Below are positions 21,300 to 28,566 of a stretch of DNA of 64,000 nucleotides, piece by piece. The stretch's first letter is position 1. Each line of letters begins with the position of its first letter. Made by a program: the position numbers and the translations under genes. Under the pieces are notes generated by a model. That model made no database searches, was not told where the DNA came from, and saw nothing but the letters and a program-made list of their open reading frames with translations. Source of the DNA: an uncultured SAR116 cluster alpha proteobacterium (GTDB lineage Bacteria > Pseudomonadota > Alphaproteobacteria > Puniceispirillales > Marisalimonadaceae). Where the stretch lies: contig CACBXG010000003.1 in assembly GCA_902543145.1 (NCBI GenBank), forward strand, positions 91,088-155,087. Reading direction: 5' to 3'.

Positions 21300-21641
21300 T
21301 CAATCATAATAATCCATTATGTTGATAGCTCTTGTTGCTGCTCTTCTAATAGTCATTCCATGGAAAAAATTTTGGTTGTCTGCCATCATTTTTCCCAATA
21401 ACTCTTGTCCTTTCGTATAGGCCACTTCATCTTTATACTCAAAAATTTGTGATATTGCATATCCACCTTGTTTATTCCAAACCCTATTAAACCTCCATCT
21501 AATTAGTCCAACTTTTTTTAAACTCTTGTAAAAGTCATCAGCCATTTTTTCAAATTTACTAATATATAATTCCATGTCAGATTCACTTGTAAAATCAACT
21601 AAGATATGACTTATAAGTTTAGCGCTAACAATCTCAACCAC
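21300..21641 (-). CDS. Hypothetical protein, paralog of 22174-22512 (possible dimeric alpha/beta barrel)
   Basis: Strong RBS AAGGAG before GTG; shares ELY, G..R, R.WNK.G and FEY.DE.A with its paralog. Confidence 0.75.
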   Translation of the reverse strand: MVEIVSAKLISHILVDFTSESDMELYISKFEKMADDFYKSLKKVGLIRWRFNRVWNKQGGYAISQIFEYKDEVAYTKGQELLGKMMADNQNFFHGMTIRRAATRAINIMDYYD

Positions 21642-21655
21642 TATTTTCTCCTTTT

Positions 21656-21808
21656 TTAGACTAAAATTACACTAGAAATAGCATACATCTTCCATCCTTC
21701 ATATGTTTTAGTAAAGACATAAAATACAGTATTTTTAACTACTGATTTATCTTTTCTTATCCTTGTACCACTCCTAATAACATAACCCTTATACAGAGTA
21801 ATAATCTT
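21656..21808 (-). pseudogene. Decayed gene remnant, possibly the C-terminus of an NTF2/SnoaL-like protein
   Basis: Start-less 50-codon frame ...SGTRIRKDKSVVKNTVFYVFTKTYEGWKMYAISSVILV*; its stop abuts the RBS of the next gene. Confidence 0.5.
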
Positions 21809-21869
21809 TCAAATTATATGAAACACGCTTTAAGAAATAGTAAGTTTCATGAAGAAGTAACATATGATT

Positions 21870-22099
21870 TGCAACACATTTGTTTCTCATATTGTTTCAC
21901 ACCGTCAATCAATGTTAAAATTAAAGAATGAAAAACAATCAGTTATGATGAACATCTGAAGTGAAATGGTGCGCTCTGAGTGAAAGTTCTATGCCTATCC
22001 AATGCACCACACACACTGCTACATAAGCTATACTCTTAGATTATGTATTACATACCTAATGTCAATACGCACGAAATGTGCATCAGTTTGTGCATCAGT
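21870..22099 (-). repeat. Hybrid att site from related elements targeting another tRNA
   Basis: tRNA-like 3' end TTCACTCAGAGCGCACCA (21984-21967), flanked by arm repeats TGTTTC(A/T)CA and TGTGCATCAGT at the same spacings as in the Gly att arms. Confidence 0.8.
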
Positions 22100-22173
22100 A
22101 AAATTAACCGTTACTAGTATAGCGTAAGTGGGTATGTAAGTGTTATTAAAGATAGATTTCTTGTTTAAAAACT

Positions 22174-22512
22174 TCAGTTGAAGTCTTCTGAAGTAAATTC
22201 ATGTAAAACAATGCCTCTACTACCAACAACTTTATTAACAAAAGTTTTTACTTGTGGAGCGTGATATTTATCTAATAGAGTTTGACATGCAACAAATGCT
22301 TTTTCATCTCTATATTCAAATAATATTCCAACTCTTGCAACACCCTCCTTATTCCAAATTCTAGTTAAAACTCTCCTTAACATTCCTGCTTTTTTGAATT
22401 CTTCTATAACTTTTGGAGTAAAAATTTCATCTTGCTTTTTGGCATATAATTCAAGTTCATTGTTTGACATAAACTCTCTTGTTGTATAGTTAATTAATTT
22501 TGACGTTGGCAT
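22174..22512 (-). CDS. Hypothetical protein, paralog of 21300-21641
   Basis: AGGA RBS; KLI, ELELY, KKAGMLR, RIWNKEG and FEYRDEKAF shared with the paralog. Confidence 0.78.
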   Translation of the reverse strand: MPTSKLINYTTREFMSNNELELYAKKQDEIFTPKVIEEFKKAGMLRRVLTRIWNKEGVARVGILFEYRDEKAFVACQTLLDKYHAPQVKTFVNKVVGSRGIVLHEFTSEDFN

Positions 22513-22582
22513 TAAATTGTCCTAATAGTTTTATAAATTGCAATAAAAGCATATTTAGAATTTATAAACTATAAAAAAATTA

Positions 22583-22629
22583 CCCATCTGCTGCACACCC
22601 TAACTATACATATCTAGTCATACCCCCAT
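22583..22629 (-). repeat. 47-bp motif, inverted copy of 21180-21226
   Basis: cccatctgctgcacaccctaactatacatatctagtcatacccccat. Confidence 0.85.
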
Positions 22630-22644
22630 GTCCCATGCCCGGGG

Positions 22645-22969
22645 AGTGTTACAGTTAAGTGATACATATAAGTGTTATTATAGTTAGGTATATATATACA
22701 TATTCATGTCCACGTTCTCTGTACTAAGAACGCTAATTTAGTATGTAACATTTAGGGTAGACCAAACGGTAGACCATTTTGTGCCTGTTGACACAGATTC
22801 AGTAATACATAAACTGAGAGTATAGATTGTATTCAACTACAAGTGGTGCACTGTAGATGAGCATAACTTCTCGCTACCCGCTCCATCTCATGTAAATCAG
22901 TCGCTCTAAGTAGTTGATATGTAAGCATATTTTGTAATGTGTGCTTGGAGGGTAGACCAAATGGTAGAC
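22645..22969 (+). repeat. Complete internal attP (P arm, core 22868-22885, P' arm), inverted relative to attL/attR
   Basis: 22645-22885 is the reverse complement of 20102-20342 (1 mismatch); 22868-22969 is the reverse complement of 24106-24207 (1 mismatch). Confidence 0.9.
22788..22815 (+). promoter_or_regulatory. Putative sigma70 promoter in the P arm pointing across the att core
   Basis: TTGACA-N16-TAAACT; the diverged arm keeps TTGACA-N16-TAATCT (22065-22038, minus strand). Confidence 0.55.
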
Positions 22970-24114
22970 TAGATTTTGCTAATCCACTTATGCAACACGT
23001 CTAAATCATATCCTCTACCATAACCTTCACCGACACTTCTTAAACTCCATCCACCTAATTGGTCTATTATTTCAGATGGACATTCTTTAGCTCTTAATCT
23101 GTCTCTAAAGCTATGCCTAAAACCATGAATCACATAATCATTTATCAGTTTCTCTTTAAGCCATTTATTTAAAGTTGCACTTGCAGAATTAGTGTTACAT
23201 TCTTTTGGAGATATATATCTAGGAAAGGCATATCTACTATCATTATTATAGTTAAGGATTCTTTTACAAGCCCAAAGAGATGCTCCTACAAGTGGTATAC
23301 ACCTCTCACTTCCTTTAGTTTTTAGACGTCTCCATGGATGATGAATGAGTCTTATATGAGGTATCTCAGAATTAAGGATAATATCTGATTTTAGTAATCC
23401 TACACATTCACCCAATCTCATGCCGGTGTCACTTAATAATGCTATCAACCATCTTAAATCATCATCATATTCTCTACATAAAGATTGAATACTCTTAATA
23501 TCTTCAATTGGGATTGGTTTTCTCGTTTCCACATTATTACTTTCTGGCATATAAGTTTTACTGAAAGCATTTAAACAATTAATACCTTCTTCACTAATTG
23601 ATAAATTTATAATTGAACGAATGGATGAGAATATTCTTTTGACAGATGATATTAAAAGACCTCTATCTAACAAGTAGTCACGAAACTTGGATGCATCTTT
23701 ACTGCTATATTCATCAATGGGTAGATTACCTAAAACTTCTATAACATATTTGATGTTTCTATTAGCAGCACGGACAAATATTTTATCTTTACCTTCACCT
23801 TTTAACCTTAGATAAGTAGAAAGAGCTTCAGACAATAAAGGTGCATTTGAATTACTATTTATAAGTGGTTTGCTCACAAGCATATGCTCGGCAGGAACTT
23901 GCATCTTAGTTAGCCTGATAGATGTCCAATAATCATCAAGCTTTTGATAGAGTGATTTACTTGAACGAATAGCTGATACATTTGATTTGGTTCTAATGCA
24001 TATAACTATACGGTCACTCTTATAATATGACCTTACATCACACGGAACACGCTTACTGAAATAATACACACCACGCTTTTTATATAAGTAGGAAACATTT
24101 AAATGGTCTACCAT
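22969..24114 (-). CDS. Tyrosine integrase with DUF6538-like N-terminal arm-binding domain
   Basis: YLYKKRGVYYF..RVP N-terminus; catalytic TGMR, LKT, HGFRH, LGGW and GYG..Y; start set at the ATG of MVDHL (ORF extends to 24138). Confidence 0.93.
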   Translation of the reverse strand: MVDHLNVSYLYKKRGVYYFSKRVPCDVRSYYKSDRIVICIRTKSNVSAIRSSKSLYQKLDDYWTSIRLTKMQVPAEHMLVSKPLINSNSNAPLLSEALSTYLRLKGEGKDKIFVRAANRNIKYVIEVLGNLPIDEYSSKDASKFRDYLLDRGLLISSVKRIFSSIRSIINLSISEEGINCLNAFSKTYMPESNNVETRKPIPIEDIKSIQSLCREYDDDLRWLIALLSDTGMRLGECVGLLKSDIILNSEIPHIRLIHHPWRRLKTKGSERCIPLVGASLWACKRILNYNNDSRYAFPRYISPKECNTNSASATLNKWLKEKLINDYVIHGFRHSFRDRLRAKECPSEIIDQLGGWSLRSVGEGYGRGYDLDVLHKWISKI

Positions 24115-24207
24115 TTGGTCTACCCTCCAAGCACACATTACAAAATATGCTTACATATCAACTACTTAGGGCGACTGATTTACATGAGATGGAGCGGGTA
24201 GCGAGAA
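24106..24207 (-). repeat. attL (core plus P' arm with arm repeats and IHF-like site)
   Basis: TGGTCTACC at 24104 and 24116; TATCAACTACTTA at 24156-24168 fits WATCAA-N4-TTR; core overlaps the tRNA 3' end. Confidence 0.88.
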
Positions 24208-24263
24208 TCGAACTCGCGTCATTAGCTTGGAAGGCTAAGGTCTTACCACTACACAATACCCGC
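24190..24263 (-). tRNA. tRNA-Gly(TCC), integration target
   Basis: GCGGGTATTGTGTAGTGGTAAGACCTTAGCCTTCCAAGCTAATGACGCGAGTTCGATTCTCGCTACCCGCTCCA; 74 nt. Confidence 0.96.
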
Positions 24264-24347
24264 TTTTTTTTTATTTTATAAGGGTTAATATTTGAAATGT
24301 AAATACTAACTTTATCAATTTTAAATTTGTTCTAAAATTTATTAAAT

Positions 24348-25379
24348 TCAATTACTCCAACCTAATAAATTTTGTTTAACTATTTCATTTAAAAATTTAA
24401 TTGAATATTCGTTATCGTTTAAACAAGGTATATATTGAAAAGTTTTTCCACCATTCTCAAAAAATAATTCTCTTGCTTCAACATTTAATTCTTCAAGTGT
24501 TTCTAGACAATCAGAGATAAAACCAGGAGCAATCAAAGCAATATTTTTAGACCCTTGTTTAGCTAATTCTATAATTGTTTCGTCAGTATAAGGTTGAAGC
24601 CATGGTTCAGGGCCGAATCTAGATTGAAAAGTAACTAAGACTCTATTTTTTGGCCATTTTAATTCTTCATTAAGTAATCTGGCAGTTTTAATACAATGAC
24701 AATGATACGGATCACCAGCCATGAAGTATCTTTTGGGTATACCATGGAAGGATATAACTAACTTGTCTATTTCATCTCTATTTTTTAAATGTTTTTTTAC
24801 TGTTAAAGCCAAAGCTTTTATGTAATTTTTATTATCAAACCAAGGAGGCACTGTTCGGATATCTGGTTGCCATCTTTGTTTTAACAACCATTTAAAAACT
24901 TCGTCTTTAACAGTTGCAGTAGTGCTGGCTGCATACTGAGGATAAAGTGGAACTAAAAGAATTTTCGAACATCCATTTTTTGTCATTTTATTTAAAATTT
25001 TGTCTATACCTGGGTTTCCATATCTCATTGCATAGTCTATGAAAATATTGGGATTGTTTTTAAAAGAGTCCTGTATTTTATCTGTTTGTTTAATTGTAAA
25101 CCCTCTTAATGGTGATCCATGGTTTTTTTCATCCCAAATTTTTTTGTAGGCTTTTCCAGATTTTGAAGGCCTGAATGTAAGTATTGGACCATTTAATATT
25201 AACCACCATAAAGGTCTAAAAAGATCTACAACTCTTTTATCCATAAGAAATTGTTTTAAATATCTTCTCATAGACCAATAATCAGTACCATCTGGCGTAC
25301 CTAAATTGACAAGTAATACACCAATCTTATTTTTATCAGGAAAAACGGGGTGATCATTAGGTTTTTTTATAATAGTCAA
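24348..25379 (-). CDS. hemH: Ferrochelatase
   Basis: GVLLVNLGTP, AMRYGNP, PLYPQY, SFHGIP, FQSRFG.EPWLQP and DCLETLEE; start set at TTG 25379. Confidence 0.94.
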   Translation of the reverse strand: MTIIKKPNDHPVFPDKNKIGVLLVNLGTPDGTDYWSMRRYLKQFLMDKRVVDLFRPLWWLILNGPILTFRPSKSGKAYKKIWDEKNHGSPLRGFTIKQTDKIQDSFKNNPNIFIDYAMRYGNPGIDKILNKMTKNGCSKILLVPLYPQYAASTTATVKDEVFKWLLKQRWQPDIRTVPPWFDNKNYIKALALTVKKHLKNRDEIDKLVISFHGIPKRYFMAGDPYHCHCIKTARLLNEELKWPKNRVLVTFQSRFGPEPWLQPYTDETIIELAKQGSKNIALIAPGFISDCLETLEELNVEARELFFENGGKTFQYIPCLNDNEYSIKFLNEIVKQNLLGWSN

Positions 25380-25398
25380 TTTAAATCTTTTAAAATTA

Positions 25399-26619
25399 TT
25401 ATGCAATTTTTGAGTAATTATTTTTATTGGTTTTATTGAAAGCGTATTTAAGTGCAATCGTTAAATCAGAAATCATTTTTTCTGTATGTAAAGGTCCTGG
25501 TGTAACTCTTAATCTTTCTGTACCAACTGGAACAGTTGGATAATTAATTGGTTGTATATAATGATTAAATTCATTTAACAGAATATTACTTATTTCTTTA
25601 CATCTTAAAGGGTTATTTACCATTATTGGGACTATATGGCTTTTATTGTCCATAAAATTTATGTTTTCTTTTAATAGATATTTTTTGAGTAAAATTGTAT
25701 TTTTTTGTTGTAGTTTTCTTTCTTTATCAGATTTTTTTAAATAACTTATAGAAGTGCTTGCAGCTTTTACAAGTGCGGGTGGCAATGCTGTTGTAAATAT
25801 GTATCCACTAGCATAACTTCGTATAGCATCGCAGATTATGTTTGAGGAGGCAATATACCCACCCATTGTTCCAAATGCTTTACCTAATGTTCCTTGAATT
25901 ATATCAATAGAATTTTGTAATCCTAACTCTTCAGTCACGCCTGATCCTTTTTTTCCATACATCCCAACAGCATGAACCTCATCTAAATAAGTTAATGCAT
26001 TATATTTTTTAGCTATTTTTGATATTCCACAGATATCTCCAAAATCACCGTCCATTGAGTAAATGGATTCAAATATAATTACTTTTGGTTTTTTTGCGGG
26101 ATATTTTTTTATTAAAGTTTCCAAATGATTTAAATCATTATGTTTAAAAATTTCTTTTGAGACTTTTGATTTTTTTATACCTGAAATTATTGATGCATGA
26201 TTTTTTTCATCAGAAAAAACAACTGCGTCCTTTAACAAATTGAGAAGAGTACTTATTGATGATTCATTGGCCACATACCCAGATGAAAATACTACTGCTT
26301 TTTCTTTTAAATGAAAATCAGCCAGTTCATTTTCTAATTGAACAATAGCATAACTGTTTCCAGATATATTACGTGTTCCGCCAGAACCCGTTCCCATTTT
26401 TTTAACTGAATTTATCATTGAATTTATGACAAGTTTATTTTGACTCATTCCTAAATAATCATTTGAACACCAAACTATTATGTCATTTTTTTTTGTGTCT
26501 GATATCCATAATGCGTTTGGATGCTTACCCGCATTTCTTTCAATTTTATTGAAATACCTGTACCTTCCCTCAATTTTAAGTTTGTTTATGGATGATTTAA
26601 ATATATCAGAATAATTCAA
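25399..26619 (-). CDS. hemA: 5-aminolevulinate synthase
   Basis: [34 protein letters not shown] and INYPTVP; start set at TTG 26619 after a GAAGGT RBS. Confidence 0.95.
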   Translation of the reverse strand: MNYSDIFKSSINKLKIEGRYRYFNKIERNAGKHPNALWISDTKKNDIIVWCSNDYLGMSQNKLVINSMINSVKKMGTGSGGTRNISGNSYAIVQLENELADFHLKEKAVVFSSGYVANESSISTLLNLLKDAVVFSDEKNHASIISGIKKSKVSKEIFKHNDLNHLETLIKKYPAKKPKVIIFESIYSMDGDFGDICGISKIAKKYNALTYLDEVHAVGMYGKKGSGVTEELGLQNSIDIIQGTLGKAFGTMGGYIASSNIICDAIRSYASGYIFTTALPPALVKAASTSISYLKKSDKERKLQQKNTILLKKYLLKENINFMDNKSHIVPIMVNNPLRCKEISNILLNEFNHYIQPINYPTVPVGTERLRVTPGPLHTEKMISDLTIALKYAFNKTNKNNYSKIA

Positions 26620-26793
26620 TGATTTACCTTCACGTTTATAATATTTAAGTAATACTATATCGAAAATTTTCAACTTATAATTTATAAAATTTTAGCACAG
26701 ATTTTAAGCAAAAATTAAAATTACATTTTCGTACTTGAACTTTTTAAAAGTTTTTATATAACATTCATAATCAAATTACCAGAAAGTCTAAAA

Positions 26794-27288
26794 GTGAGTT
26801 CATCAAAAAAAATAGTAGAAATAAAAGAAGAAAATTTTGAAAATGGTGCTGATCGAGGTGGTTTACTTGGAAATAGAATAATTCTTCCGGAAGACTATAT
26901 ACCCTCTGTTAATGAAGAGTTTATGAATGACAACCAGCTAGAGTACTTTAGACAAAAATTACTTAATTGGAAATCAGAGTTGCTTGAAGAGGCTACCGAT
27001 ACAAAGGGTACTTTATCTGCTGAAGGTTTGCAAAGACCTGATATGGCTGATAGAGCCCAAGTAGAATCAGATGCATCTATTCAGTTACGAACTAGAGATA
27101 GAGAAAGAAAACTTATTAGCAAAATTGACGCTGCATTGAGAAGAATAGATTTAAAAACATACGGATATTGTGAAGAAACAGGTGAGCCGATTGGACTAGG
27201 TCGTTTGAAAGCAAGGCCAATTGCATCACTAAGTGTTGATGCACAAGAACGACATGAAAAAATGGAAAAAATCCATAAAGACGAATAA
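26794..27288 (+). CDS. dksA: RNA polymerase-binding protein DksA (alpha-type, one Cys)
   Basis: FMN..QLEYFRQKL, DMADRA..E, RTRDRERKLI and YGYCEETGEPIG..RL.ARP. Confidence 0.93.
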   Translation: MSSSKKIVEIKEENFENGADRGGLLGNRIILPEDYIPSVNEEFMNDNQLEYFRQKLLNWKSELLEEATDTKGTLSAEGLQRPDMADRAQVESDASIQLRTRDRERKLISKIDAALRRIDLKTYGYCEETGEPIGLGRLKARPIASLSVDAQERHEKMEKIHKDE

Positions 27289-27308
27289 TTTCTTGTAAAA
27301 TTTAAACC

Positions 27309-27368
27309 TAACAAAATAAGAACAAAATAAGAACATTTGTTGACAAAAGAACAAAAGGTGAATATTAT
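27309..27368 (+). promoter_or_regulatory. recA promoter with alphaproteobacterial LexA boxes
   Basis: GAAC-N7-GAAC at 27320-27334, preceded by an in-phase TAAC; GAAC-N7-GAAT at 27349-27363; TTGACA (27340)-N17-TATTAT (27363). Confidence 0.85.
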
Positions 27369-27425
27369 TGTATAATATTTATTAGTTGAAAGAATTGTAA
27401 TCGTATGTCAGTAAGGAGATAGAGA

Positions 27426-28496
27426 ATGAGTGCTGAGGTTATTAAAATGTCAAATCAAGATAAAGATAGAAATATAGCTTTAGAGTCTGCGATAGGACAG
27501 ATAGAAAAGGCTTTTGGTAAAGGCTCTGTTATGAAGTTAGGCACATCTGGTGAAAATTTAGATGTGCAAGCTATATCTACCGGTTCACTAGGCCTAGATA
27601 TAGCTCTTGGTATAGGTGGTTTACCTAAAGGAAGAATTGTAGAAATTTATGGTCCTGAAAGTTCAGGTAAAACAACGCTAGCATTGCATGTTGTAGCTGA
27701 AGCGCAAAAAACTGGAGGGACTTGTGCGTTTGTAGACGCAGAACATGCTCTTGATCCAGTTTATGCAAAAAAATTAGGAGTAAATATTGATGATTTATTA
27801 ATTTCTCAACCTGATGCAGGAGAACAGGCATTGGAAATTGCTGATACATTAGTTAGATCAGGGGCTATATCTGTTTTAGTAGTTGATTCTGTAGCAGCAT
27901 TAGTTCCTAGAGCTGAACTAGAAGGGGACATGGGTGACAGTCATATGGGTTTACAGGCTAGATTGATGAGTCAAGCTTTAAGAAAGTTAACTTCGTCAAT
28001 TTCTAAGTCCAATTGTTTAGTAATATTTATTAATCAAATTAGACAAAAAATAGGAATTATGTTTGGTAACCCAGAAACAACTTCAGGTGGAAATGCTCTT
28101 AAGTTTTATGCATCTGTTAGATTGGATATAAGAAGAATAGGAGCAATTAAAGATAAAGATGATATAATAGGGAATCAAACTAGAGTTAAAGTAGTAAAAA
28201 ATAAGGTTGCACCTCCATTTAGGACAGTTGAGTTTGATATTATGTATGGTGAAGGTATTTCTAAGAATGGTGAGATAGTAGATCTAGGAGTATCTGCAGA
28301 CATAATTGAAAAATCTGGGTCATGGTTTTCTTATAACGATCAAAGGATTGGTCAAGGTAGAGAAAATGTTAAAAACTTTCTCAATGAAAATTCTGAAATA
28401 GCTATAGAAATAGAGGATAAAATTAAAGGAAACACAGTCTTGGTTGAGGAAATTTTAATGAATCCAGACCAACAAATACCTGAAGAAGAAAAATAA
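27426..28496 (+). CDS. recA: Recombinase RecA
   Basis: [26 protein letters not shown] and [12 protein letters not shown]. Confidence 0.98.
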   Translation: MSAEVIKMSNQDKDRNIALESAIGQIEKAFGKGSVMKLGTSGENLDVQAISTGSLGLDIALGIGGLPKGRIVEIYGPESSGKTTLALHVVAEAQKTGGTCAFVDAEHALDPVYAKKLGVNIDDLLISQPDAGEQALEIADTLVRSGAISVLVVDSVAALVPRAELEGDMGDSHMGLQARLMSQALRKLTSSISKSNCLVIFINQIRQKIGIMFGNPETTSGGNALKFYASVRLDIRRIGAIKDKDDIIGNQTRVKVVKNKVAPPFRTVEFDIMYGEGISKNGEIVDLGVSADIIEKSGSWFSYNDQRIGQGRENVKNFLNENSEIAIEIEDKIKGNTVLVEEILMNPDQQIPEEEK

Positions 28497-28566
28497 TTTT
28501 ATTGAAGTTTTGTATTTTGTTAAATTGATGTTATCAAGAGATGTAGATAATAAGCTAGTTTAACAA

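Larger units (their letters stand above)
20102..24207 (-). mobile_element. Small integrative element at tRNA-Gly(TCC): tyrosine integrase plus cargo
   Basis: 18-bp direct repeat of the tRNA 3' end (tggagcgggtagcgagaa) at 20102-20119 and 24190-24207; integrase next to the tRNA; large non-coding fraction unlike the flanks. Confidence 0.93.

Noticed and set aside
20102-22969. CRISPR array or integron attC cassettes as an explanation for the island repeats
   Set aside because: No regularly spaced repeat-spacer units, no cas genes and no attC-type GTTRRRY hairpins; the repeats are tRNA-core att arms.
24115-24138. N-terminal extension MCAWRVDQ of the integrase
   Set aside because: It lies within the P' arm; the ATG at 24114 better fits the start of the domain, although this is not proven.
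22868-24207. Insertion sequence with terminal inverted repeats
   Set aside because: The enclosed gene is a tyrosine recombinase rather than a DDE transposase, the repeats include the tRNA core, and no target-site duplication is visible.
25380-25457. Apparent hemA/hemH overlap
   Set aside because: Artefact of longest-ORF start choice; the TTG at 25379 removes it.
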